NCBI RefSeq assembly: GCF_009914755.1
Contig: NC_060936.1
Source of the DNA: the human T2T-CHM13v2.0 reference genome, Homo sapiens
DNA length: 64,000 bases
Reading direction: 5' to 3' (one strand)
Made by a program: the position numbers and the translations under genes. The notes under the pieces were generated by a model. The model had not been told where the DNA came from, did no database searches, and saw nothing but the letters and a program-made list of their open reading frames with translations. Shown one piece after another: positions 36,351 to 54,794 of the stretch (its first letter is position 1; each line of letters begins with the position of its first letter).

Positions 36351-36689
36351 ACTGTGTTAACACAGAGGCTTGATAGTCCATTTTCACTACCGTATAGCAA
36401 TCCGTTAGTATGACCATTATACATCTATCCATTCTCCCATTAATGGGCATCGGTATCATTTCTCACTTTGCTGCTATTCCAAGCAGTGGTACTGTGAACA
36501 TTCCCTGCGCATCTCTTTGCGCACGCAGGAGGGTTTCTTGAAGATACATAGGAAGAAGGGTGGTTGCTGGGCTGTAGCGTTTATGCATCTTCAACTTCAC
36601 ACCCCCACTCTCTAAACTCCTTCCTCAGTCTAGGGAGAGAAGGAAAGGAAGCGAGCTCTGCCTCCACCCTTGGCCCCTGCAAACCTCCC

Positions 36690-36970
36690 GAGGTCTCAGG
36701 AAATAGGGCAACTGAAATGGAAAACAAATAGCACAAATCAAATGGTGGGCTGTTTCCCCTGCCACCACCGTTCGGAGACCCGCTGGATGGGCAGCGGGGC
36801 CTCCCCCACCAGAAAATATTAACAGCATTTAATGAATATTCACAAGGATTCATTAAACATTTCCCAGTGCGGCTGAACAAAACAGTGTTCAAACCCCCAA
36901 GCCATTAACAAAAAAGGAAGAAGAAATATTACAGGGACGATATGCGCAAGCTAAAAATGCCACAAGCAAG
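36690..36970. promoter_or_regulatory. Candidate enhancer (homeodomain/POU/forkhead-rich)
   Basis: Repeat-free; AAACAAATA, several TAAT/ATTA cores, inverted tttaatgaat...attcattaaa. Confidence 0.45.
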
Positions 36971-37028
36971 AAATCACTTTTATTTTATTTTTTTTCAACT
37001 CAACTTCATCTCCCTCATCTCACTGATG
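36916..37028 (+). repeat. Donor arm of local inverted duplication B
   Basis: Reverse complement of 39342-39456, with two substitutions and one 2-bp indel. Confidence 0.95.
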
Positions 37029-37153
37029 TTTAGAAGGGCCCCAGTGTGCTGAGTCTTTGTGAAGACTTGGAATAGGACAGCCCTGATTACCATTACTATG
37101 ATTGTATTTTTCTACTTCATATACACAGGAAGTTGTTTCACCACAGCAATAAT

Positions 37154-37860
<707 letters not shown>

Positions 37861-38205
37861 TTATCCTCATTTAACAGACAAAGAAACCAAGGCCTATGAT
37901 CATTAGTGGACTCAACCAACATCACTGTACTGAGGTGAGGCTATTATATACTCAGTGCTTTGGCATCTTCCCAGGAAAGGTGACGTTGTGACCTCAACAC
38001 CCGGATCCCATAGCAAACAGGCCCAAGCATAGTGGTCTTGGATGAGAGTGCTGCCTGGCAGAGTCGCCCGCTCCCACCGTAGAGTGACTGGAAGAGCCAG
38101 CTAGACACTCTTTCTGGGGAGGCTAAGTCTATGGGATGTGAACATAGACGAGTTGGGAGCTTGGACAAACGCTGAAAGACAAACAGAGGGAAAAGTCAGG
38201 GAAGC

Positions 38206-38300
38206 AGAAAACATGAGTCAGCAGAAGTCATCAGTCAGTAGAAACCATGAGTCAGCAGAAGTCATCAGTCAGTAGAAACCATGAGTCAGCAGAAGCCATG
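38206..38300. repeat. 34-bp tandem repeat (17-bp subunit), ~2.7 copies
   Basis: atgagtcagca at 38213, 38247 and 38281. Confidence 0.92.
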
Positions 38301-38379
38301 AGGCCTTGGAAGCCCAAAGCAACAGTCTCAGGCCCATAGATTGGCTGGTGGAATGGGGAGCAGTAGACAACAGTCTAGA

Positions 38380-38895
38380 GACTGGGTGTGGTGGCTCACG
38401 CCTGTAATCTCAATACTTTGGGAGGCTGAGGTGGGGAGATGGCCTGAGGCCAGAAGTTCAAGACCAGCCTGGGCAACACAGTGAGATCCCATCTCTACAA
38501 AAATTAAAATAAAATAAGAAGTAGAGCTAGAGAGTAGTTAGAGCAGTTTATCTGCAGAACACTTCAGTGGGCACTGCAGAGTGGTAAATCCTGAAATACT
38601 TTCTTTATTTTTTTTGAGACAGAGTCTCAGTCTGTCATCTAGGCTGGAGTGGAGTGGCGTGATCTTGGCTCACTGCAACCTCTGCCTCCTGGGTTCAAGC
38701 GATTCTCATGTCTCAGCCTCCTGAGTAGCTGGGATTATTGGCATGCGCCACCACTCGGCTAATTTTTGTATTTTTAGTAGAGACAGGGTTTCACCATGTT
38801 GGCCAGGCTAGTCTTGAACTCCTGACCTCAGGTGATTCGCCCGCACAGGACTTCCAAAGTGCTGGGATTACAGGTGTGAGCCACCGCGCCCAGCC
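38380..38895. mobile_element. FLAM/left monomer (38380-38517 plus) and AluS (38601-38895 minus)
   Basis: Alu sequence; second copy has TSD aatcctgaaatactt. Confidence 0.9.
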
Positions 38896-38991
38896 TAATC
38901 CTGAAATACTTTCCACTCTCAGCAAGACCTGGCTGTGCCTTACTAGTGACTGATCCTTTTTCCCTGTTTCCCCATTTCCTTTATTCTAAGC

Positions 38992-39180
38992 CAGTGATTC
39001 TCAATTACAGGTGACTGTGCAATTACAACATCTGGAGATCCTCCCTCACTGGGGGACAGGTCCTACTGGCACCTCATGGGTAGAGGCGAGGGATGCTACT
39101 CAGCATCCTACAGTGCACAGGACAGCCCCCATCACAAAGAATCATCCAGAAAGTCAATAGTGCAGAGATGGAGAAACCCA
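38992..39180 (+). mobile_element. MER20
   Basis: cagtgattctcaa...gggatgctactcagcatcctacagtgcacaggacagccccc. Confidence 0.8.
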
Positions 39181-39202
39181 ATGGAGGCCTCCTTTCAATC
39201 AG

Positions 39203-39763
39203 TGTTTTAGGGTAGGTAGGTTCTCTGGAGCAGAAGCTGAGACAGACTTTGAGGTCCAAGGGATCAACATTGTGAAAGGGAGGAAGAGAAGGAGGAGGAG
39301 GAGGAGCAGGAGAAGGAGGAGGAGGCGGTAGCAGGACTGGGCATCAGTGAGATGAGGGAGATGAAGTTGAGTTGAAAAATAAAATAAAATAAAAGTGATT
39401 TCTTGCTTGTGGCATTTTTAGCTTGTGCAAATCGTCCCTGTAATATTTCTTCTTCCATTTTTAAGAAGTTGAACTGTGATGTGGGCACAAGACCTTGGCC
39501 AGCCCCATGGGCATAGATGACCTGTCAGAGTTGTCCCTGCCATGGGCCAAATTGGCCAGGTCTTTATATTCCTGTAGGGGTCAGTCACTGGATACAGGCT
39601 GAACTGGGAAGGGTACAGCCTGTGCGAGCTGGCTGCAGACAGCAGAGGCAATTCCTGAGGGGGGCTGACAGCTGTATGCCATCTGTGAGCCACCTTCCCA
39701 GCAGCTGAACTCTAAGTCCTTCCTTGAAGGCGGATCCAGGTGGCTTATCACCGTGTTCATCAC
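39203..39763 (-). mobile_element. LTR16A/B-like ERVL LTR carrying a templated insertion
   Basis: gcaggactgggca | insert | agaagttgaactgtgatg...cagagttgtccc...gaaggcggatccaggtgg. Confidence 0.72.
39342..39456 (-). repeat. Inserted arm of local inverted duplication B
   Basis: Inverted copy of 36916-37028. Confidence 0.95.
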
Positions 39764-39954
39764 AATGAATAACCATTGACCTGCTAGTTCATGCATCCAC
39801 TAATTCAGGAAGTTTTGATGAAAAGAGCAGTCCCAGTTAGAACCTACACATAGATGAGTAGGTCTCCATAAGCCAATGCGATTAGCACAACTGAAGACAA
39901 AGGAGAAGCCTGGAAAATAAAATTTATATTTCTAACTTTGTTTTCCCTAAGTCA

Positions 39955-40332
<378 letters not shown>

Positions 40333-40454
40333 GGGGGCATAGTAATAGTGGCCATTGATTATTTAGTGTGCCAGGAGCTCTGCTAAGTGATCTATATATA
40401 TGATCTCTCAACCTCACAAAAGCCTTTTAGGGTTTTTCACCCCATTTTATGGAT

Positions 40455-40820
40455 AAGGCTTGACTTAATCACCTATTGCTGCAGAACAAACTACCTAAAA
40501 ATATAGTGGCTTAAAGCACTCACATGGCTGTTGGCTGGAGGCCTCAGTTCCTCCACAGGGACATTCCCACAGGGCTGTCGAAGGCTCCGCATTCCCTGGC
40601 AGCTGGCTTCTCCCAGAATGAGTGATCCAAAAGACTCCAAGGAGGAAGCCACAAGGCACTGGGTGACCCTGCCTTGGAAGTCACACAGTGTCACCTAGCC
40701 ACATTCCTTTACTTAGAAGTGAGTCATTAAGCCTGGCCCATGCTCAAGAGAAGAGGAGTTAGGCTCCTTCTTTTGAAGAAAGGAGTAGCAAAGAATTTGT
40801 GGGTATTTAAAACCACCCCA
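40455..40820 (-). mobile_element. MLT1-type LTR
   Basis: ctattgctgcagaacaaactacctaaaa...ccttggaagtcacacagtgtcac. Confidence 0.65.
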
Positions 40821-40889
40821 AGGCTCAAGCTATATAATTGGTATTTGGTGAAACTGGGGTTTATCCATTCATTCATTCCATAAATAGCA

Positions 40890-42066
<1,177 letters not shown>

Positions 42067-43099
42067 TATTCCATACTAAATGCTATGGATCCATAGTTCC
42101 TACTTTCATGGGGCTTGCCATCAAAAGAAGACAGCTATTAAGTAATTAATCCAAAGACTCAATTGAAAAATGATGTTACAAGGCAGAGATCAGGGGAGCT
42201 GTGAGTTTCACAGGGGATCTGGCCCAGATTGGCCTGTCTCCTAAGTAAGCCGGTGATTTGAGAAGGGAGGGAGTTACAAAGCCCAGGCGTGGGAGCATCT
42301 GGTGGGAGGTGGATGGCAGAGTCTCTGCACTGGGGGACAAGGCACCAGCTCCCGGGGTTCAGAGCCAGAGGAAGCGGATGCACCAGGAACGCTGTCACTT
42401 TGATGTGCAGGCAGCGAGGCGGCAGGGCGCGGCTGGGCTGCCCTCAGCTGTCAGGTTGGCACTTGCTGCCCTGCCTACGCAGTAGCCAGGCTCCGGAGGC
42501 CTCCAGATATCTCTGGGCGTGGCCTCCTGTGGCTGTGCTGGAAATCACCTGGGGGTCCCACAAAAGCTAAGCACCAAGCAGGAGGCTGGCCCTGGCTCTG
42601 ACCTGGGCCAACCCTGAGTTCCGGATCTCTGGGTTCTTGCCCAGGCACAGGCCGGAAGGTGCCTTTGACAACCACGCAAGGGCTGGACCATGACAACTGG
42701 GACTTTCTGAGTCCCTGCTGCTGGCTGGCCAGTGGCTCATGGCAGCCTCGGGTGATTCAACCTGGCCCCTTAGCCACATTTCTCCTTCCTTCCCCAAATC
42801 CGCCCTTCTTATGTGACCCAAATTCCTATTGTTCCTAAAACACACCAGGCTCGTAGCAGCCACAGGACCTTTGCCACTTGCCATATCGTCTCCCTAGAAC
42901 AACTCCCTTCACATATTGGCATAGTTGGCATCTTCTTGCCATGTGAGTCTCAGCTCGAGTCACCTCCACCCCTGACCACTTTCCTAACATTCTCTCCATG
43001 CCTTGAGTCTTTATAGTGACTCTCTGTCTCATTTCCCTGCGGATTTTTGTTCAGGTCATACTCCTCACTACCTTTCTTTAAATAAATAAATAAATGTAA

Positions 43100-43703
<604 letters not shown>

Positions 43704-44084
43704 GGAATTATCTTGCTCATTTATTGTCTCATTTGTTGTCTTTCTCCCCCACCAGAAAATAACTTCCCCAAGAACTGGGACTTGCCCAGTTCCTGGCTCC
43801 TGGCAGGTGCTCAAAAAATAATTGTTGAATGGATTCATTCATCTTCCTAAAACGCAGATCTGCAAACAATTATGGAGCCCTCACAGGAATGTGGACAATT
43901 GTTTGTGATGAAATTTGAAGTTAAAAAAAGAGTAGAAAAATGATACCCTCTGATATTGTACGTATAAAATATATTCATGCAGGGACAAAGCAGGAAATGG
44001 AAAATAGTTAATTTGTTGGGAAGCATAGGAGTATGGGTGACTGGTATTTTTCAAACTTTTACTTAATATGGTTACCGTTGTCTT

Positions 44085-44540
44085 TTAATAACAGTTTTAT
44101 TGAGATGTAATTCATCCACTATAAAGGTCACCCTCTTTTAAAGCATACAATGCAGTGGTTTTTAATATATTCTCAACGTTGTGCACAGGGCCCTAATTTC
44201 AGAACATTTTTATCACCCCCCAAAAAAACCGTATACCCATTAGCCGAAACTCCCACTCCCCTACCCTCCTATCCAGCCCATGCAACCACTAATTACTTCC
44301 AGTCTCCACGCTTCGCCTACTCTGGGCATTTCGTATAAGTGAAATCATACAATATACGGTCTACCATGACTGGCTTCTTTCACTTATCCAGATGTTTTCA
44401 AGGATCATCCAGGTTGTAGAATGTCTCATACTTCATTTTTTTTATGGCTGAATAACATTCCATTGCAGAATATCCAATGTGGATATACCACATTTTATGT
44501 ATCTATTCATCTATTGATGAACACTTGAGTTGTTTCAGTT
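44085..44540 (-). mobile_element. L1MB-type 3' end
   Basis: ttttattgagatgtaattca...tgactggcttctttcactt...ggctgaataacattccattg. Confidence 0.85.
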
Positions 44541-44858
44541 ATACTATTTTTACCAAAAAAATAAAGAAGTGAAGTGGAACCTTTTCCCTCATTGCTCTAC
44601 AAATATATTCTGGTCATTCCTCTGGCTCCCAAATCCTGGAGTCCTCTCAATGCTTACAAGATACCGTCCAGCCTTCTTTGCTTACATTGTTGGTCCCTGG
44701 CTATCTTTCCAGCAAATTCTTCAGTTGCTTTCTCTGAGCCCGTGTGTGCTCTGGTGACATGCTAGCCACACACCTTCAGCTACTATGCCCTTGCCAATGC
44801 CATCTTCTCTTCTGCTTCCTGGAAAAAGTCGTCTGCACACTGCAAAATTCAGCACAGA

Positions 44859-45159
44859 GGCCAAGCGTGGTGGCTCACACTTGTAATCCCAGCACTTTGG
44901 GAGGCCGAGGTGGGCAGATCACTTAAGGCCAGGAGTTCGAGACCAGCCTAGCCAACATGGTGAAACCTCGTCTCTACTAAAAATAAAAAATATTAGCTGG
45001 GCGTGGTGATGCTTACCTGTAGTCCCAGCTGTTCAGGAGGCTGAAGCAGGAGAATTGCTTGAACCAGGGAGGTTGCAGTGAGCCAAGATCACGCCACTGC
45101 ACTCAACCTGGATGATAGAGGGAGACTCTGTCTCGAAACAAAAAACAACATAAAACAAA
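44859..45159 (+). mobile_element. AluS
   Basis: Dimer; degenerate TSD aaaattca..c.caga. Confidence 0.92.
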
Positions 45160-45643
45160 ATTCAACTCAGATGTTCCTTTCTTTGTGAAGACTTCCCTCC
45201 TCCTGGTTCTCTGTTTACAACTCTCTCGGCTCCTAAAGGACTCATTATTGTGTTTATTCCCCTGCCTGTTTGCTGCCTTAGCCTATGATAGGAGTACCCT
45301 TAGGGTGTCATTCATCTTTGTCTCCTTCGAAGCTAACGTAGTCCCTGGCACCGATCAGGTACTCACTGAAGTCAGATGACTGCATGTATGAATGGAGCTG
45401 CTTCTCTGATGGACTGAATAGGAACCCAACAATACCACCTTTTGGCAAAAAAGACATTAAAATGTCAAGGTTAAAGTGTGGATTTAGGAGTCGGATGGAC
45501 ATAGTTTGAACCCCAACTCTGCTGCTTGCCAGTTTGGGTGGCTGCTTGGGAATCATTTCCTCATCTTTAAATTGGACATAATGTCTTCCACCTGATGGAG
45601 TTCTTGGAGGATTAAATACAGGTGAAACACCTAGCACAGAGTA

Positions 45644-45680
45644 TTAGGTTGGTGCAAAAGTAATTGCGGTTTTTGCCATT
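45644..45680. mobile_element. MADE1 (Hsmar1 MITE), one arm only
   Basis: ttaggttggtgcaaaagtaattgcggtttttgccatt matches the MADE1 TIR, preceded by TA. Confidence 0.88.
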
Positions 45681-45682
45681 TA

Positions 45683-46490
<808 letters not shown>

Positions 46491-46618
46491 GGTATAAAAT
46501 ACCTCATAAAATTTACATTTTAACCATTTTAAGTGTATAGTTCAAGTGGTTTTTCATACATTCAAATTGTTGTGTCCATAAGTATTTTTATCAATACTGC
46601 TATATTATGTCACAAGTC

Positions 46619-47081
46619 TTTTTTTGTTTGTTTGTTTTTCAAAAGAGGGTCTCACTTTTTCACCCAAGCTGGAGTGCAGTAGCATGATCATAGCTCACTG
46701 CAGCCTCAAACTCCTGGGATCAAGTGATCCTCCTGTTTCAGCCTCCCAAGTAGCCAGGAATACAGGTGTTCACCACCATGCCCAGCTAATTTTATTTTTT
46801 TGTAATTTTTTGTAGAGATGGGTTCTTGCTATGTTGCCCAGGCTTGTCTTGAACTCCTTGCTTCAAACCATCCTCCCACCTCAGCCTCCCAAAGGGCTGG
46901 GATTACAGGCTTGAGCCACCACACCCAGCTAATTTTATTTTTTGTATTTTTTTTTTTTTTTGGTAGAGAATGGGTCTTGCTATATTGCCCAGGCTGGTTC
47001 TGAACTCCTTGCTTCAAACCATCCTCCCACCTCAGCTTCCCAAATTGTTGTGATTACAGGTGTGAGCCACCATGCCTGGCC
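46619..47081 (-). mobile_element. Trimeric AluJ (left arm duplicated)
   Basis: Private variant gaactccttgcttcaaaccatcctcccacctcagc occurs twice. Confidence 0.88.
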
Positions 47082-47851
47082 TGTGTCAAATGTCTTAATA
47101 GTGTGGATTTTGCTAGAGACAGGACATGCTATTCTGAACCGGTCATGGACTTGCCTAGGTCTCTGCTTTCTCTAGTTCATTTCATCCTCTCAAGAATCCT
47201 GGGAGGTTTTCTCATTTCCATTTCTATTGGAGAGCTCTAACGATGTGCCCGAGGGCACTTGGCAGCAAGTGGCAGAGCTGAGACCAGCCCCCAGACCCAC
47301 GGATCTGTCCACTACCTATCAATAACCACTTGCTGAATTGTGATGAACCCAGTCTGACCAAATCGCTTCTCTGAGGTTCTGACTTTGACACTGGGAGGGG
47401 CGTAGCTAAAATGAGAAAAGAGGCAGCCCCATTCCAGGACAGGTGAATGACATGGGAGCTCTGGCATCCTCAGCCCAGACAGCAGCACAGGGCAGGGGCT
47501 GAGAGAGCCTTGTCGAGCTGCTGATGTCTTTATGCAGCCAGGACTGACTCCACGGTAGCAGGCCCAGCATGCATCACCCCTGTGACAAATGATAAAGATC
47601 TCATTCGGCATACGAGATCCACTTGAGGAACTGAATGGAGACAATTGAAAAGCGCTCCACACCGGCCACTGAAGCTGAAGCCCGCAGAGCCGGATGATGT
47701 AAGGTCTTCTGTGTGGATTTGCTGATTCTGGAGATTTTAACTATTTGGGCTTTATTAGTCTCTGGGCCTCCTCGTGGGGAACTGAAGTGCTGGAACTCGG
47801 GGAAGACCTGACTTGTCAAGTCCATAGTATCAGAGCATTCAGACAGGCTGA

Positions 47852-48240
<389 letters not shown>

Positions 48241-48820
48241 CCTGGGAAACTCCTAAAGGGGCCCCTCTTCCGTATTTCCTTGTCCACAGGAACAAATATT
48301 TGCCCTTGCAATTAGATCCCTCCTACTGCCACCATTGCTGTATTTCAGCAATTCATGAGAGCCTGACAAATGCTAGTTAACCAGCTTACTGCAGTACAAC
48401 TGACCCCTTGAGCGTGTGAGTGAATGTGACAAGTGGCTGGTGACATGCTCAAGTCACTCATTTGTGTCGCCAAGTTTAGCCATTTGACTGTGTGCTTCTA
48501 AGTTAAAGAGTGTCACCTCAGGTGATTCCAGTTCAAAGCGCCTTGGGAAACAATCATGAAATTAGCTGATAAATGTGATAGTCATGGTGTACACAGGGCG
48601 TGGGACGCTGGATAAAACCTAAAGAGACCTGACCCACTGCCCTCTAGGTGCTTAGCCTCTGACCACACCAAGCTAGCGACATTCCAATCTCTCATAAAAA
48701 GCATTTCAAAATGAAAGAGACTGGGCAAATAAATCGTGGTACATGCACGGAATGCGATGGCCTTCAGGCATTGAAAAGAAAGAAGTACGTTTCCCATACT
48801 ACGGGGATTTGCTCACCTAA

Positions 48821-49177
<357 letters not shown>

Positions 49178-49349
49178 TGAACACTTTTCCATCTGTCTCA
49201 ATCCCCAAGAACATGCATTTGGCATACAGTAGATGTTTAACAGATGAGCCAGCTCTCACAGCTTTTCCCTCCTCAGGGGTTCACAAAGCAGGCCAGTTAT
49301 CCTATGCCCAAGGGATGGGTCTGTGGTTTATGGGGTCAGCTGGGAGTAG

Positions 49350-50016
<667 letters not shown>

Positions 50017-50974
50017 TGTTTTATTCTTTCGACCAGACTGTGGACTCCACAAGGGCAGGAACTGGGTCTAATGACGATATCAATAACACTAGCCCCAACA
50101 CTAACTCCACGATTTGCTGAATGCTAAACATGCTGCATGCATCTCTGAGTATAATTTCACTTGCCTGTAAGTCTTCAGATACCCTATGATGCTCTGGACA
50201 GCCATAAGGACATAAATGTGAAGATTTTTTATTGAAAAGTGCAACTGGCAATGCTCTAGAGAAATAGATACAATTGCAACTCTCTCATTCAACCACGAAA
50301 GCTTTTCTCCACGAACAGGACTTTAACATGTCCCACCTAAGGGAAGAAGACAGTAGGATTAATGCAGAGGGCAGGTTCCACCTCCCAACCAATTTGGAAC
50401 TCTAAAGGGCTGAGTTCGGAACACACTTGGTCATGTTTCCCGAAGTGTGTACTGTCATGCCTGCCTGCACAGTGTTCTATGAAAGCATTCCATGCATAAT
50501 TCTATTTGGAAAATGCTTTTTGCTACTGATCCTCTTGGAGATTCCCATGCCTGTGAACACATTAAAGGCTCTGAAAAGTCCTGCTGTAAAGAAGCAGGTT
50601 TGACTTGGTTGATCCCTCCCAAATTTCCCCAGTTCATTTGTTCACAGAGCCTATGATCTCATGAACAATTCTGAACATGTTCCTGTAATATGCATTGGAA
50701 AATGCTGCCCTGGAATGTTCTCAGCCAGCTGCCACCAAGAAATGTCTGATTCCATTTGGAGACAGATCAGGCTTGAAATTGTCAGAAACTGATATTCCAA
50801 GTTTCCTTCACTCTGGTTGTATCCAAAAGATGACAAAGATGGGTTTGTAGCATGGATGGAAGCAGCACATCCTATTTCCCAACTGCTGAGAGAACACACC
50901 ACGCTAATCCTTGGTGCTTTCCGAAAGAGATGATGTCATCACTGTTTAGCACCATGTGCAAAGTGCCAGGAAAA

Positions 50975-51499
<525 letters not shown>

Positions 51500-51513
51500 T
51501 TATTTACTCCTAC

Positions 51514-51974
51514 TGAGGTAGGAGGCGGAATTCGACTCCAGAGGTGGGGTTGGGACACGGGAACAGACTGAGGACTAGTTAAAGCAGGGCCGGCAAAAGC
51601 AGCTTTCTATCAGACGCGCCCACCGGTGTGCCACGTCAATTTACCATTGCCATGGCAACACCTGGGCGTTACCGCCCCTTTCCATGGCAACGACCCAATG
51701 ATTACTACCCCTTCCCGAGAAGTTTCTGCATGAACCGCCCCTTAATCTGCATGCAATTTAAAGTAGGTATAAATACGACTGCAAAACTGCCCTGAGCTGC
51801 TACTCTCTGTCTATGGGGTAGCCCTGCTCTGCGGGAGCGGTCACGGAGCTGTAACACGGCCTCTTCAATAAAGCTGTTTTCCTTCTACCTCTGGCTTGCC
51901 CTTGAATTCTTTCCTGGGCAAAGCCAAGAACTCAGGCGCTAAGCTGCACTTTGGGGCTCGCCTGCCTGGCATCA
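51514..51974 (+). mobile_element. ERV1 solo LTR (MER66-like, MER4 group)
   Basis: TG...CA ends, 4-bp TSD ctac, TATAAA at 51768, AATAAA at 51867. Confidence 0.85.
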
Positions 51975-52288
51975 CTACTGCTGCTCGGCTCACCCACCTT
52001 GGAATGGTGGAGGTCTCTCTTTGCTTCTCTCAGTTTCTATCCCCCCAAAGACTAGGAGTGCTCTTTGGCCCAGGAAGTACGTGGTCTGTGGAGTTGTAAG
52101 ACTTCCAAGGACACTACAGGGAAAGAGGGCAGATGTAAAATAAAATTCGTCTGATACAGCAAAAGTCTGAATTGTAAAATCTTGGAAAGAAATGCCATCT
52201 CAAAACTTTTCGAATTGTTAACAATAAAACCAAGGCACCATCAGTCTATGAGAATCTTGTAAGTGCTCTTAAAAGTAGATAAGAAAAA

Positions 52289-53050
<762 letters not shown>

Positions 53051-53489
53051 TTAAAAAAAACTTTTACCTGCTTGTGGCAGAAACAGATACACGTATTACC
53101 CTTGGAGTCCCCAGCCTTGGGTTGCAACGTGAGCACCACAGTTTGCTTGCTGAGTGACCCTCAGGAAACAACTAAACGTCTGTGCTTCCAGTTCGTCACG
53201 TGTGAGATGAAAAGAGGAGTATCAAACCTCACAGGAGTCATGCTGTAAATCCCTGCAACCTGCCAGCTCAGGACCTGGCCCAGGGTCGGCACCCAACATT
53301 GCTGTTATCGCTCTCATTATTACGCACTGGGTGTTCGGTTCCTTTTCCTTTTGCCAATACTCTTTCTCCTCTTCTGTCCCACTTTATTTCCCTGTGCCAC
53401 CTCCCCTACATTCTTTTTTTTTTTTTTTCCTTTGCCATCAATAGGGAAAATCAAAATAAATCAAACCAAGCCAACGCCAAGCTCTGCAA

Positions 53490-54010
53490 GCTCTCAGCGG
53501 CTCCAGCGTTTTCAAGGAGCGGGGTCAAGGTCAAAGGGCCCCTCCCAGGCTGCCCGGGCGGGGCTGTAGTGGGATGCTGGTCCCCAGGCTGCGCCTCGGT
53601 TCTCCAGGGCGAAACGCAGGGGCGGGGCCGTGCAGGGGCGGGGCGTCGCCGCCGGAGAGGGTCCCAGCGCGCCCAGGCCTCCCGCAGGCGGGACGCGGCG
53701 TCCGGGGGCTGCTGCGCTGCTCGGCCCCAGCGGGCCCGCCGCGCCGCCGCGGCTCTGGCTGCCTCCTGCATGCCAATTAGGCCCTAATTTGATTTCTGTT
53801 CTATCTGTGCGAACCCCATTAAAACCCAATTCCGCTTATTACCAACAGCTTTCTTGCAACGCGACGCCTCTCCCTCCCAGGGCCGCTGCTCAGGCGCGCC
53901 GAGGAGCCAGGCTCCGCGCACCAGGCTGGCGGGGACACCTTCCCCGTTCCCCCTGCCCTGGGACGTGCAGGGTCCCCGCTGATTCCCGCCCCGGGGCTCC
54001 CCGGGTCCAG
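53490..54010. promoter_or_regulatory. Orphan CpG island (candidate enhancer or non-coding promoter)
   Basis: Dense CpG and high GC outside repeats; GGGGCGGGG GC boxes at ~53618 and ~53635; no coding exon evident. Confidence 0.85.
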
Positions 54011-54432
54011 GCTGGGGCCCAGGGACTGGGGCAGGCTCCAAGTCACCAGCTTCATAAGAAGCAATGGAATCGTAGAAAACTGGAATCGAGGGTTGTTGGG
54101 AACTCAGAGGTCACCAGGTCCCCCCTCCCCACCCCCTGCAGGAATTCTGGAGACGCCTGGGCGATCATCAGTCCCCCACCCACGCTTGGGCTGTTCCCAG
54201 CGCGGGGAAGTTCCCTCCCTCCTTCCAGGAAGCCTGGCTGGGTTCAACTGTCCTCCCCTCTGCTGTATGATTTTAAGTAAAGCTCTCCACCACTCTGAGC
54301 CGCTGTCTCGTGTCCTCCTCTATAAAACAGGACCTTTAGGGAAGATAACCTTGCCTCCTAGGGCTGTTGGGAGGATAAGACACAACGAAGACCTGAAAGA
54401 GTGGTACAGGGTGAACACCCGACAGCTATGGG

Positions 54433-54745
54433 GCCTGACTCCTGGCTCACCCCTGTAGTCCCAACACTTTGGGAGGCTGAGGTGGGAGGATTGCTTGAGA
54501 CCAGGAGTTCAAGACCATCCTGGACAATATAGTGAGACTCTCTCTCTCTACAAAAAAAATTAATAATAATAAAATAAAATAAATAAAAACCGGATGGGGT
54601 GGTGCACACTTGTAGTCTTAGCTACTTGTGAGGCTGAGGCAGGAGGATCACTTGAGCCAAGGAGTTAGAGGCTGCCATAAGCTATGATCGCAGCACTGCA
54701 CTCCCGCCTGGGTGCCAGAGCCAAGACCCTGTCTCCAAAAAACAC
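54433..54745 (+). mobile_element. AluJ
   Basis: Diverged dimer. Confidence 0.88.
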
Positions 54746-54794
54746 AATAGTAATAATAAATGAAATAGCTGTGAGAAGTTAATGCTGCAGAATC

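Noticed and set aside
45644-45680. miR-548 family precursor
   Set aside because: Only one MADE1 arm is present, so no hairpin can form.
53299-54280. Overlapping Arg/Ala/Pro/Gly-rich ORFs
   Set aside because: Expected from stop-codon depletion in a CpG island.
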